Source: an uncultured Candidatus Saccharibacteria bacterium (GTDB lineage: Bacteria; Patescibacteriota; Minisyncoccia; Phycocordibacterales; UBA918). From it: 64,000 nt of DNA. The stretch spans positions 326,648 through 390,647 of the forward strand of contig CAYGJY010000001.1 in the NCBI GenBank assembly GCA_964350645.1, in the 5' to 3' direction. Position 1 is the stretch's first letter. Every line of letters begins with the position of its first letter. Below are positions 31,667 to 41,214 of the stretch, one piece after another. The notes beneath the pieces were generated by a model. It was given only the letters and a program-made list of their open reading frames with translations. It searched no databases and was not told the DNA's origin. The position numbers and the translations under genes were made by a program.

Positions 31667-32113
31667 TTACGCTTCTTTTCTCAGGATTTTTTCAGCAGCC
31701 AAAACAGCCAGTTTAGCGATCTCCGCTTCACTTTCTTTAAGGGCTTGAGCTTTAAGGTCAACGCTCTTCTTTTCTGCGGCGCTGATGACTCCAGCTGCTT
31801 TTTCTTCAGCGACAGCCAAAATGTCAGCAGTTTTTTGGTCAGCAGCAACTTTAGCGCGAGCGTTCACCTCCTCAGCATCCTTGTGAGCAGATGTCAGAAT
31901 TGCTCGCTTTTCAGTATCGGCTTCTGCCTTGGACTGGGCGGCTGCTTCAGCATCACTAATTCCCTGCTTAATCTTTTCCTCACGATCGTTTAAGACCTTA
32001 AGAACTGGCTTATACAGGAAATAACTCAACAATCCCATAAGGATCACGAAGTTGATGATTTGGATGGTAATTAACTTTACGTCAATTCCGAATGCTTCAA
32101 TGAGTTGTTCCAT
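31667..32113 (-). CDS. atpF: F1Fo ATP synthase subunit b
   Basis: A single N-terminal transmembrane helix, then a long Ala/Glu/Lys-rich helix. The ORF-track start (a TTG at 32176) is probably over-extended, and the preferred start is MEQLIEAF. Confidence 0.75.
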   Translation of the reverse strand: MEQLIEAFGIDVKLITIQIINFVILMGLLSYFLYKPVLKVLNDREEKIKQGISDAEAAAQSKAEADTEKRAILTSAHKDAEEVNARAKVAADQKTADILAVAEEKAAGVISAAEKKSVDLKAQALKESEAEIAKLAVLAAEKILRKEA

Positions 32114-32210
32114 ACTAATAGGTTTTAACTTGTGATAAGCGTGTCTGAATGCCTTGTAGGAACACAAGATCTGCAAACCACTGCTTAATCATAGTTGCTA
32201 CACTCGCTGA

Positions 32211-32477
32211 TTAAGCAAACTTAATTACGAACGCTACAACCAAGGCAAAAATAGCCAACGCTTCCACGAAAACGATACCAAGAATCATAGTACTTTGTAC
32301 CTTTGCGGCTGCTTCTGGGTTGCGACCAATCGCTTCAAGCGCTTTAGAAACAAGGATACCGATACCGATACCTGGGCCCATAACTCCGAGTCCGGCTGCA
32401 AGAGCCATAGCGATTGCTTTAATTGAGTCTGCACTCATTTGTGACGCCTGTAGCGCCAATTCCATTTCTGGTGACAT
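32211..32477 (-). CDS. atpE: F1Fo ATP synthase subunit c
   Basis: An 88-aa two-helix hairpin proteolipid with a GxGxGxG packing motif (GPGIGIGILV) and the conserved carboxylate in helix 2 (VEALAIFALV). Confidence 0.85.
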   Translation of the reverse strand: MSPEMELALQASQMSADSIKAIAMALAAGLGVMGPGIGIGILVSKALEAIGRNPEAAAKVQSTMILGIVFVEALAIFALVVAFVIKFA

Positions 32478-32563
32478 AATATAGTTGTTTTAGATAATAA
32501 TGATAGCTAGAAGCTAACGAACAAGTACGAACCACGCGTCTCCGCGAGATTCGTGATTATTCA

Positions 32564-33340
32564 CTAGTGCGGCTCTGCTACAGCTAACTTGATAAAAATC
32601 AGGGTTAAGAAAGCAAATACTCCAGCCTGGATAAAGCCAACAAACACCTCATACGCTAAGATCGGCACCGGTAGCAGGAGTGGTACAAAGAACATCGCCA
32701 CTACTAAGAGCGTTTTACCGGCAAAAATGTTACCGAAAAGACGAAATGAGAATGAAACAAGGCGTCCAATCTCACTAATGAGCTCAATAATACCAACTAA
32801 GAAGTTAAGCGGCGATGAAAAGTTAATGAATTTTCCTCCATATTTCCACGCACCAAGAGCCACAATACCAGCAAATTCAATCACGAACATCGCCACAAGC
32901 GCAAAGGCAATGGCAATATTAAGGTCAGTAGCTGGTGGATATAAAAAAGGAATAAAGTGTGATTCCTCACCATGACCAGCATAGTAGCCAATTGACGTCA
33001 CCCCCGGCAAGAGACCGACCCAGTTCATCACGAGGAGAAACAGGAAGATAGTCATCAAAACCGGGAAGTATTTTCGAGCCAGGTCTTTGCTCTCAAGGGT
33101 TGTTTCAACATAGTTATATGCCCCACCTACCAAAGCCTCAATAGCACTCTGAAACTTGTTTGGGACAAGTTTCAATCGACTTTTCAGAAGAACAGCAATA
33201 ACAATCAGAATCAGCATCGCAAGCCAGGTTGTTATCAGTGTCGCCGTAATTGGCACACCAAATACCTCACCCACAATGTATGGATTGAGTTTCACAGAGA
33301 TTCCCTCGGCGGCATGTGCTGTCTGTACTAGTGAAAACAT
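32564..33340 (-). CDS. atpB: F1Fo ATP synthase subunit a
   Basis: A 258-aa polytopic membrane protein that is the first gene of the atp cluster. A conserved Arg-containing penultimate helix is present (FSFRLFGNIFAG). Confidence 0.85.
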   Translation of the reverse strand: MFSLVQTAHAAEGISVKLNPYIVGEVFGVPITATLITTWLAMLILIVIAVLLKSRLKLVPNKFQSAIEALVGGAYNYVETTLESKDLARKYFPVLMTIFLFLLVMNWVGLLPGVTSIGYYAGHGEESHFIPFLYPPATDLNIAIAFALVAMFVIEFAGIVALGAWKYGGKFINFSSPLNFLVGIIELISEIGRLVSFSFRLFGNIFAGKTLLVVAMFFVPLLLPVPILAYEVFVGFIQAGVFAFLTLIFIKLAVAEPH

Positions 33341-33591
33341 AGTTCAAGCAAGCGCTCAGTATAAACTGCGTGCATTTCAGCAATTCAAGACAAATGAAAA
33401 TGTAAACATCCTATTCTGTTTACAACTCTGATTGTCCGAAATTGCACTGTATGCGGCAGATACCTCACCTGCGTCCGCAGAGTAACACACTTTTAGTAAA
33501 AAATAAATAGTTTATCTGGGGGTTTTAAACTGCGTATGTACACAACTTTATCGAACAAATAAGGTATTATGCTACATACTAAAACTTTACT

Positions 33592-34938
33592 ATGTCATTT
33601 GATCACCTCAACACAATTTATCGTAGTTTTGACATTCGTGGCAAATACCCTGAAGAAATTACTGAAGATGAGGTTAAGAAAATTGGACAGGTGCTCGTAC
33701 AAAAGTATTCACTAAAACGGATTGCGATTGGTCGAGATATTCGCCCATCAGCCAATTCTTTATTTGTAGCCCTGGCTGAAGGTATCACAGCACAAGGAGC
33801 TGATGTGATCGATCTTGGCCTAACAACAACTCCCATGACATACTTCATGGCTGCATCCGATATGATCGACGCAACAATTATGATCACTGCTTCGCACATG
33901 CCATCTGAGTATAACGGGCTAAAGATTACCACCAAGGACGCCATTCCACTCTCAGCAGAAGTTATCCAAGAGATTCGTACTATTGTTGGTGAGCATACGT
34001 ATTCTGAAGTAGAAACGCATGGTCAGATCGAAAGTCATGCCATGCAACCAGCGTGGATAGCACATTTCAAAAAGCAACATAATCTCACTGGAGCTGGTCT
34101 CTCTATTGTAATTGATCCCGCTAATATGATAGGTGCGCTTGAAGTTGCTACCTTTAGAGCTTTTGAACCTGATCTTCACGTAGCTACTATATTTGACACC
34201 TTCGACCATACCTGCCCAAACCACGAAGCTAACCCAGTAAAACACGAGACTCTTGTCGATCTTGGCGAAGCTGTCCGTTGCCAAATGGCTGACATTGGAA
34301 TTGCCTTCGATGGTGATGCTGATCGAGTTGGCTTTGTCGATGAAACTGGCACACCAATTCCTTCAGACATAATTGGTATATTATTGGCGCGACAAGTACT
34401 TGAGCGCTATCCAAAAACAACGGTTGTGTATGACATCCGCTCGACCAGAGCTTTACCTGAGTTTGTTGAACACCATGGAGGAAAAGCTCTTATGAATAGG
34501 GTTGGCCATAGTTTTATAAAAGATACAATGAGAAAGAACGACGCAGCTCTTGGAATTGAACTATCTGGCCACTTCTTCTTTAAAGACTCATTATTTGCAG
34601 AAGGTGGACCACTGCCTGCTTTTATGATCTTAGAACTCATGAACACCACAGGTAAAAAACTCTCAGAGTTAGTCGCTGAAGTGACCAAATACCATCACAG
34701 CGGTGAGATAAACAGCGAAATTTTGAGAAAGCCTGAAGAAATATACACCGAACTGAAACATACATTTGCTGAAGCGACTTTTGATACCACTGACGGACTT
34801 TTAATAAAAACTGATACGTGGTGGTGCAATGTTCGACCATCCGCTAACGATCCAGTCATGCGACTTAATCTCGAGGCTGATACTAAGGAGTTGATGGCTG
34901 AGAAAAGAGACGAAGTCTTGAAGATAGTACGAAGTTAA
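33592..34938 (+). CDS. Phosphoglucomutase/phosphomannomutase family protein
   Basis: The active-site Ser loop ITASHMPSEYNGLKI and the metal-binding loop FDGDADRVGFVDETG, with the four-domain alpha-D-phosphohexomutase layout. 448 aa. Confidence 0.85.
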   Translation: MSFDHLNTIYRSFDIRGKYPEEITEDEVKKIGQVLVQKYSLKRIAIGRDIRPSANSLFVALAEGITAQGADVIDLGLTTTPMTYFMAASDMIDATIMITASHMPSEYNGLKITTKDAIPLSAEVIQEIRTIVGEHTYSEVETHGQIESHAMQPAWIAHFKKQHNLTGAGLSIVIDPANMIGALEVATFRAFEPDLHVATIFDTFDHTCPNHEANPVKHETLVDLGEAVRCQMADIGIAFDGDADRVGFVDETGTPIPSDIIGILLARQVLERYPKTTVVYDIRSTRALPEFVEHHGGKALMNRVGHSFIKDTMRKNDAALGIELSGHFFFKDSLFAEGGPLPAFMILELMNTTGKKLSELVAEVTKYHHSGEINSEILRKPEEIYTELKHTFAEATFDTTDGLLIKTDTWWCNVRPSANDPVMRLNLEADTKELMAEKRDEVLKIVRS

Positions 34939-34967
34939 TTTAGTGGCTGATCCAAAACCTCCAGCTG

Positions 34968-35017
34968 CCGCACTCAGAGATACAAAAGTCGCCTGATGCT
35001 AAAGCATCAGGCGACTT
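34968..35017. terminator. 22-bp perfect palindrome between the pgm 3' end and the tRNA-Ala 3' end (bidirectional terminator candidate)
   Basis: AGATACAAAAGTCGCCTGATGC-taaa-GCATCAGGCGACTTTTGTATCT. Confidence 0.55.
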
Positions 35018-35026
35018 TTGTATCTG

Positions 35027-35099
35027 TGGACTCGACAGGACTTGAACCCGCTACCTCCTCAGTGCAAATGAGGCGCTCTACCAGATGAGCTACGAGCCC
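35027..35099 (-). tRNA. tRNA-Ala (anticodon UGC)
   Basis: Hand-folded cloverleaf: acceptor GGGCUCG/CGAGUCC carrying the G3:U70 Ala identity pair and discriminator A73. The D-arm is GCUC...GAGC, the anticodon stem CCUCA/UGAGG encloses the loop UUUGCAC (anticodon UGC), and the T-arm is GCGGG-UUCAAGU-CCUGU. No encoded CCA. Confidence 0.85.
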
Positions 35100-35230
35100 A
35101 AATTATCTTGGAGACAATTTTGTTGAGTAACATACTCATCTCCAGCTAAATTAGAAAGTAATATACTGACAAACTTAGTGGGCACTATATTACTGATTGT
35201 CTAGCGACAAGTCAATACGCATTCACCCAA

Positions 35231-35791
35231 TTACTGTAATTTCCAAGGTGTTTCAGTACCAATAGCGGTGAATTGAGCGTACTGTGCTGTCCCGTCTGGA
35301 AGCCATACAAACTCTTGTTTACTGATTGATGTTGTAACTGCTGAACCAGAAATTTTAATTGGTCGTATGACGTTATTTGCAACGTCATATATATAATCAG
35401 AACACTCTGCATCGTTGTTCATTTGTTGCTCACAATAATATATAAAGCGTCCATCTGGAGATACCTCATAAAAAGGTATTGCAGAATGAAAGCCTGGTCC
35501 TGGTTCGATTTCATCTGTCAATTTGCCAGAGACAACCGCCTCTTCTCCACCTAGTGTCGAAAACATTCCTGAGTCAGTGAACAATACACCGGCGACCGTG
35601 TTGTTGTTTGCTTCTACGTTATCAGTAGTAGTTTTGTATAGAGAAATTGGCACTGGTTCAGCAATAGTTACACTGCCTTCTGCAGGATCAAAACTGATTC
35701 CAAAAGCAATGTACGCAGTCGTAAAACCAATAATATAAGCGAGGACTAGAATAGCTACTTGTTCGTGTCTCATAGCAAAATTATACAACAC
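35231..35791 (-). CDS. Hypothetical membrane-anchored/secreted protein
   Basis: A 186-aa protein with an N-terminal transmembrane/signal-anchor helix (VAILVLAYIIGFTTAYIAFGI). The start may be the internal ATG (MRHEQ) at 35773, which lies 7 nt after a TATAAT box. Confidence 0.4.
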   Translation of the reverse strand: MLYNFAMRHEQVAILVLAYIIGFTTAYIAFGISFDPAEGSVTIAEPVPISLYKTTTDNVEANNNTVAGVLFTDSGMFSTLGGEEAVVSGKLTDEIEPGPGFHSAIPFYEVSPDGRFIYYCEQQMNNDAECSDYIYDVANNVIRPIKISGSAVTTSISKQEFVWLPDGTAQYAQFTAIGTETPWKLQ

Positions 35792-35811
35792 CCGAACTAA
35801 CGAGTGAGTAC

Positions 35812-36120
35812 TTATACACGCGTAGTTGGTTTTAGCTGATCAATTTTTTCTAAAAGTTTTACATCGCGCACCGTTAAACCTTTCGCCTCATGCGTCGTTA
35901 ACTTAACTGTGACTTTCTGATACGAGTATAGAATCTCAGGATGATGTTGCTGTACCTCAGCATGTACAGTGACACGTGCGATAAACACAAGTGCTTCAAC
36001 GTGTGACGGAAATATAATCGATATTTTCAAAATCTTATTGTTAGCTGAAGCAGTCCAATCAGGATATTTTTTCAGTACTTTTTCAACTGCATGTTTTGTT
36101 AAAAGAGACAGTTTTTTCAC
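35812..36120 (-). CDS. Pterin-4a-carbinolamine dehydratase (PCD/DCoH family)
   Basis: AEVQQHHPEILYSYQKVTVKLTTHEAKGLTVRD fits the PCD signature [E]-x-HHP-x5-Y...H...D. 102 aa. Confidence 0.7.
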   Translation of the reverse strand: MKKLSLLTKHAVEKVLKKYPDWTASANNKILKISIIFPSHVEALVFIARVTVHAEVQQHHPEILYSYQKVTVKLTTHEAKGLTVRDVKLLEKIDQLKPTTRV

Positions 36121-36205
36121 TTATGTAATAGTACTGGTATCCTTGATCATTTTGTATTACTACTGTGAGTAACTTTTTTACAATTGTCTGTGTATACTTA
36201 TATAA

Positions 36206-36898
36206 ATGTCCGAAATCACGCTCACAATCTTACCTGGCTGGATGCACACAAGTTCAAGCTGGCAAACTATTGTGCGTGAACTTAGCAAAACCATTCCAAC
36301 AACAGAGGTAATCGATATACCTGGGTTTGGTGTATCACCACTAATAAGAAAACAACAGTCATATCAAGAGGTGCTGCACTGGATGAAGCAACAACTTCCC
36401 ACAAATGCCAGCAAACATATCCTAATCGGGCACTCGTTTGGTGGTCGTCTAGCACTGGATATGGTGGCAAAAAATCAGTCAGATTATGCTGGTTTAGTAC
36501 TCATTGCGGCGCCGGTTATTTACCGGCCACCTCTTGCAGTTACACTAAAAAAATTACTTGCCAAACTCATTTCCCCCCTTTTTCCGATAATACCGAAACG
36601 GTGGCGTGCTCGATATCGTTCAGCAGATTACGAGCAAGCAGCCAACTCCCCCCTCCGGACTTTGTTTTTGGATGTAATCACGTATGACCAATCTGAGATG
36701 CTCAAAAAATTATCGCTCCCAGTCTTGATCCTCTGGGGTGATCAAGATAAACAAGCTTCACCAACTTTAGTTGCTGAACTTGTAAAACTGATGCCACACG
36801 CAACAGTATCTATAATCAAAAATTCTGGACACGATCTACATCTTGAGAAACCAGCTTTACTCAGCGCAACCTTGCTGCAATATGTCAAAACTATATAA
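36206..36898 (+). CDS. Alpha/beta hydrolase fold protein
   Basis: The nucleophile elbow ILIGHSFGGRLALD (GxSxG), plus a likely catalytic Asp and a C-terminal His (GHDLHLEKP). 230 aa. Confidence 0.7.
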   Translation: MSEITLTILPGWMHTSSSWQTIVRELSKTIPTTEVIDIPGFGVSPLIRKQQSYQEVLHWMKQQLPTNASKHILIGHSFGGRLALDMVAKNQSDYAGLVLIAAPVIYRPPLAVTLKKLLAKLISPLFPIIPKRWRARYRSADYEQAANSPLRTLFLDVITYDQSEMLKKLSLPVLILWGDQDKQASPTLVAELVKLMPHATVSIIKNSGHDLHLEKPALLSATLLQYVKTI

Positions 36899-38189
36899 AC
36901 TTCTTTTTCCAATTAAAGACTTCCTATATATCTTACAACTCGAAGAGTATGATCATCGTCGCTACATATTGCAGGTTAGCAAAAGATTTTTTAAGCGCTC
37001 TTTTGAGAAACGCTCCAAGCTTCGGTTTACTGGCAGAATCTATCTAATTCTCTTTTTTTACTTGCTTCTCTCTTTTTTTATTCTTAGCATTACTCTGTAT
37101 TTCTTCGGTCTAATAACTTCCATCGCACTAATAGCTGTCTATGTGTTTAGCACGCCGCTTACGCTCGGATTAGTTTCTTGTATCATTGGACCATGTATTT
37201 TTTTAGTTCGAGCTCAAAAACTAAGACGTACCCATGCCTGGTTTAAGAAAACATATCCAGCTACAAAAATTATTGCTATTACCGGTAGTTACGGGAAAAC
37301 AACCACAAAATATGCTCTACAATCACTCTTAACCTACAGTTTCAAAACAGCTATCGTGCCCGAGAATATCAATACCACCCTAGGTATTTCAGACTATCTT
37401 TTGTCTAGTAATATCCCGCGTGATACTGAGTATCTTATCGTTGAAATGGGTGCCTATCGCCGTGGCGATATCAAAGAAGCTGTCTCACTGCTTCCACCAG
37501 ACATTTCAATTATTACCTGCCTAGGTGATCAACACCTTGAACGTTTTGGCTCATTTGAAAATCTGGTGACAGGAAAAAATGAAATTTTTTCCTGCGCACC
37601 TCAAGGAGCAGTTCGTTTTGCTGACCAGAACACTCTAGCAACACTCAGGAAACATAGCAAAAAAACCGACAATATAGAGGTGGTGCAATCGACAACCACG
37701 AACGCGAACCTAGCTCTTGCTACTGCTGTTGCTCGACACCTACATGTATCAGAATCTCTTATTTCTGATGCACTTCAAAACTTTGTTTCACCTGAACGGC
37801 GAGATCAAACCTATGAACTAAATGGTGTCACGATCATTGATAACTCTTATAACATTAGTCCACAAACCGCTCGCTACATAATAGAAAAAGCTGCCACAGC
37901 TGCAATCACTGAAAACAAAAAACTCGTTGTCCTAACCGCGGGTATTGCTGAACAAGGCAACGAGAGTAATCAAGTAAATCAAGATCTTACTACACTCATT
38001 AACAACTACGCTGCCCGTGCCATCCTTCTGCCTAGTTGTTATATGCCAAGCATCAAATCAAAGCTCACTATTCCAGTAACAGAAATCGAGTTTGCTCTTG
38101 CCGTTCTGCATAATATTACCGACTTTGTCGACAGAGACTCAGAGGTACTACTCCAACTACCAGAGCACACTGATCTTGTTTATTTTTAG
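36882..38189 (+). CDS. murF: Mur ligase family protein, MurF-like (UDP-MurNAc-tripeptide--D-Ala-D-Ala ligase) with N-terminal transmembrane region
   Basis: The P-loop IAITGSYGKTTTKYAL, with IVEMGAYRRGDIK and HLERFGSFENLVTGKNEIF, matches the MurF central domain. The roughly 130-aa N-terminal region is made of hydrophobic helices rather than the usual MurF N-domain. The start is taken at MSKLYK. Confidence 0.7.
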   Translation: MSKLYKLLFPIKDFLYILQLEEYDHRRYILQVSKRFFKRSFEKRSKLRFTGRIYLILFFYLLLSFFILSITLYFFGLITSIALIAVYVFSTPLTLGLVSCIIGPCIFLVRAQKLRRTHAWFKKTYPATKIIAITGSYGKTTTKYALQSLLTYSFKTAIVPENINTTLGISDYLLSSNIPRDTEYLIVEMGAYRRGDIKEAVSLLPPDISIITCLGDQHLERFGSFENLVTGKNEIFSCAPQGAVRFADQNTLATLRKHSKKTDNIEVVQSTTTNANLALATAVARHLHVSESLISDALQNFVSPERRDQTYELNGVTIIDNSYNISPQTARYIIEKAATAAITENKKLVVLTAGIAEQGNESNQVNQDLTTLINNYAARAILLPSCYMPSIKSKLTIPVTEIEFALAVLHNITDFVDRDSEVLLQLPEHTDLVYF

Positions 38190-39346
38190 CTGGCTAAGAA
38201 TTTACTGACGATATCAGTTTGATACGACACGACAGTATTTTTATTTGAGTGCCGGCGTTGAGCATCTTCAAGTGACTTAGTAATCTGTTCAGTAAATTGT
38301 TCCCCAGCTGGCTCCCATAAATAAAAAGACATGGAACCGGGAATTGGATTAATTTCTGTACAGTACAATCGGTCGCTATGATACATAAAGTCAATCCGCA
38401 CGAGACCAGCCAACCTGGTTGCTCGGTAGACCTTTTTTGCCGTGTCTGTAATTTCCTTTTTAAGCTCACTCGAAATATCAGCCGGTACAGTACGATCTAA
38501 TAACTGCATTCCGCCACCAATTTTTTTACCACTCTTCCCACCTGTTTTTTTACTACCATTGGCATATTTATCGTCAAACGACAACATATCACCTTCACGT
38601 TTTGGTTCTTCGATCGGTGAAACTTCAAGACCAGAATCACTACTGCGTACAGAGGCATTGTACTCAGTGAAGTCTGATAGGGCTGGTTCAATTAAGACTT
38701 CAGAATCTACCCGTGTAGCTACGTTGAGATACTTTTCAAGATCAATCTCATTTTTAGCAATTTCAATACCAATACTTGAGCCGAGATGAACTGGTTTAAT
38801 AATCACCGGAAATGCAAATTCTGCTTGTATCTTAGTCAAAATTGTAGCTGTTTCAAACTGATACTCAGCCGAGTTAACTATCAAGCTATCAAGAACGGAA
38901 ATATCGTTGGCTCGAAGTACTTGCTTTGTTAATGCTTTATTCATCGCAATAACCGAACCTTCAGAGGATGGTGATGTGAACGGCACACCAAGAATTTCCA
39001 ACATTCCTTGAACACCACCAGATTCTCCTGTGCCACCGTGAAAACCAAGATACACACAATCCAGCTTATGTCGCTTACCAAACAAACCTCGCTCAATCAT
39101 AAATACTTCATCGCCAACTTTCTCAAACACTACTGGCACTCTCTTTTTTTGTAAAAAATCTTTGCGGGCTGAAAATCCTTTAATGAAAAAAGGATGATTT
39201 TCTTTATCAAAATATACAAACAACGGCCTAAACTCTGTTTGATCAATCGCTTCAACTACTTGAATACCAGTAATAATTGATACTTCGTGTTCATACGATT
39301 CACCTCCACAAAATACTGCAACTTGTTTCATAGTTATAACCTGCAC
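38186..39346 (-). CDS. ddl: D-alanine--D-alanine ligase (ATP-grasp)
   Basis: The N-terminus MKQVAVFCGGESYEHEVSIITG and the ATP-grasp core KPVHLGSSIGIEIA. 386 aa. Confidence 0.8.
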   Translation of the reverse strand: MQVITMKQVAVFCGGESYEHEVSIITGIQVVEAIDQTEFRPLFVYFDKENHPFFIKGFSARKDFLQKKRVPVVFEKVGDEVFMIERGLFGKRHKLDCVYLGFHGGTGESGGVQGMLEILGVPFTSPSSEGSVIAMNKALTKQVLRANDISVLDSLIVNSAEYQFETATILTKIQAEFAFPVIIKPVHLGSSIGIEIAKNEIDLEKYLNVATRVDSEVLIEPALSDFTEYNASVRSSDSGLEVSPIEEPKREGDMLSFDDKYANGSKKTGGKSGKKIGGGMQLLDRTVPADISSELKKEITDTAKKVYRATRLAGLVRIDFMYHSDRLYCTEINPIPGSMSFYLWEPAGEQFTEQITKSLEDAQRRHSNKNTVVSYQTDIVSKFLAS

Positions 39347-40305
39347 GAAGCAGTAGTGATTAATACTTCTAATACATCGTTACTAGTTCCGCCAACCGCC
39401 GCTACTCCAGCCATAAAAGGTGACTGACGAGCCAAGGATGGAATGGTATTGATTTCGAGAAAATACACATCACCCTGATCAGTCACACGGAAATCGGAGC
39501 GTGAAATCTGGTCGCATCCGAGCAACTTGTGTATGCGTGCTGTTATACTTTCAACTTCATCTTTTGCAGTAACATCTATCTCAGCTGGCACCCGCTTTTC
39601 AGCTGCGACACCATCAACTTGAGATTTCTCAACAGCGATAATCTGCACCGGTGGAAACGTGTAATCAACTTTACCCCGAAAAGAGCTTAAATAACCACAG
39701 GTTACATCACGCCCGGTTATGTATTCTTCTACAAGTACTTGTTCATACACCAACAGGCTAGTCTCAAGACCGTTAATAAGATTCTTCAAACCTTCAACGT
39801 ACATGACTCCAAGTGAGGAACCACTCGATACTGGTTTGATGACATACTGTGGACCAAACAGTGTGTAAATCGTACTAGCAATACGACTGAGATTAGTAGC
39901 ACTTTCTCGTGAAACGCGCATGTGACGCGGCATACGTACACCAGCTGATTGCAGCCGTTCTTTAGTAGCCATTTTATTGAAGCCAAGTGCCGAAGCCATT
40001 GCGCCACTACCAATGTACGGCGTCCCATGGCGTGATATGAGGCGCTGTACTGTACCATCCTCACCATAAGCTCCATGAGTAGCCAAAACGACAACATCAA
40101 GCGTATCGAGGATCTGTGCTGGAGCTTTAACAATACCATTTTGCAACCACTCCCCACCTTTTGTGATAATAATGTCCACTACATCATATGAAGTATTCTG
40201 CAAATAAGACAAGACATCCTGTCCTGATGTCATCGAAAGCTGGTACTCCTCGCTCGGTCCTCCCCTGAAAACAGCTAAGCGTTTTTTGTCAGTTAAAATG
40301 CCCAT
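39334..40305 (-). CDS. D-alanine--D-alanine ligase paralog (D-Ala-D-X ligase family, ATP-grasp)
   Basis: LAVFRGGPSEEYQLSMTSGQDV and IKPVSSGSSLGVMYVEG. At 323 aa it is a second Ddl-family gene, overlapping the first by 13 nt. Confidence 0.7.
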   Translation of the reverse strand: MGILTDKKRLAVFRGGPSEEYQLSMTSGQDVLSYLQNTSYDVVDIIITKGGEWLQNGIVKAPAQILDTLDVVVLATHGAYGEDGTVQRLISRHGTPYIGSGAMASALGFNKMATKERLQSAGVRMPRHMRVSRESATNLSRIASTIYTLFGPQYVIKPVSSGSSLGVMYVEGLKNLINGLETSLLVYEQVLVEEYITGRDVTCGYLSSFRGKVDYTFPPVQIIAVEKSQVDGVAAEKRVPAEIDVTAKDEVESITARIHKLLGCDQISRSDFRVTDQGDVYFLEINTIPSLARQSPFMAGVAAVGGTSNDVLEVLITTASCRL

Positions 40306-40326
40306 ATCGCATCAAATTATATCACG

Positions 40327-41190
40327 TTACTTTTTAGCACGATTTTTTACATCTACGATCTTTTGATCACCATACACGCCAGTCAACAAATCAATATCTT
40401 TGTCTGTTTCTGAAAGTAATTTGATATTGTAATCAGCCATCGCCTGTAGCAAATCCTGACCAAGTGGGTCGTTGGTATTCAAATACATTTCTCTAAAGGC
40501 CTCAAAATCTTTGATGAAACAATGTCCGCCAGCTCCACGACCACTTTTATGAACTGGTTCAGTATGACTTTGTCCAATACGAGGGTCATGAATCATTGCT
40601 TCTCGAACTGTTCTCCAGTCACCATCACTACATGCTATAAGATCGTGCAGTAAATTCATATACAACACCTTGGTCATTAAGAAGCAGTTGCCAGCGTACT
40701 TCACTAGTTCAGCATCGCGAGCAAGCATAATCCGTTGATACGGGGCATCCGGTAGAACGTTTAATACCTCCTGAGCTCGTGTACGGTATTCAACGGTATC
40801 CTCAGGAATACCGATAATATTGCGGTTTGGGTGTGCCGCATCATGTGCGGCAGTTAGCTCTACTAAAAATTCCGGACTGTGCATCACAAAAATATTAGGA
40901 TTTTCAGCCTGAATCGAAGCAGTCGTGCCTGGTGTGATCGTTGATTTAATCACTGCTGTCTTCCCTTCCCCGACCAAGGTAATAACAGCCCGAACAATTG
41001 AATCATCAAAACCTTCTGGTGTTGTCGGTGTCGGTACCGCAATAAACACAATGTCGCACTCAGCAATCTTATCTTTGTTGTGCGCAAACTCTGATTCTAG
41101 TGCATAGCGTACTGGAGCATAGCCGCGTGCCTCAAAGTCATTAGCATAATTACTACCAATCCATCCTTGTCCAATAAAGCCAATTTTCAT
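40327..41190 (-). CDS. UDP-glucose/GDP-mannose dehydrogenase family protein (short form: NAD-binding + central domain, no C-terminal UDP-binding domain)
   Basis: A Rossmann motif MKIGFIGQGWIGS, the central-domain signature AELVKYAGNCFLMTKVLYMNLLHDL, and a catalytic-Cys motif GGHCFIKD (compare GGxCxPKD). It is only 287 aa. Confidence 0.55.
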   Translation of the reverse strand: MKIGFIGQGWIGSNYANDFEARGYAPVRYALESEFAHNKDKIAECDIVFIAVPTPTTPEGFDDSIVRAVITLVGEGKTAVIKSTITPGTTASIQAENPNIFVMHSPEFLVELTAAHDAAHPNRNIIGIPEDTVEYRTRAQEVLNVLPDAPYQRIMLARDAELVKYAGNCFLMTKVLYMNLLHDLIACSDGDWRTVREAMIHDPRIGQSHTEPVHKSGRGAGGHCFIKDFEAFREMYLNTNDPLGQDLLQAMADYNIKLLSETDKDIDLLTGVYGDQKIVDVKNRAKK

Positions 41191-41214
41191 ATATGTATTT
41201 TAACCTACTTTGTT

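Noticed and set aside
34939-35230. Prophage or integrative element at the tRNA-Ala 3' end
   Set aside because: No integrase, excisionase or direct repeat of the tRNA 3' end is visible. The downstream genes are ordinary (a secreted hypothetical protein and PCD).
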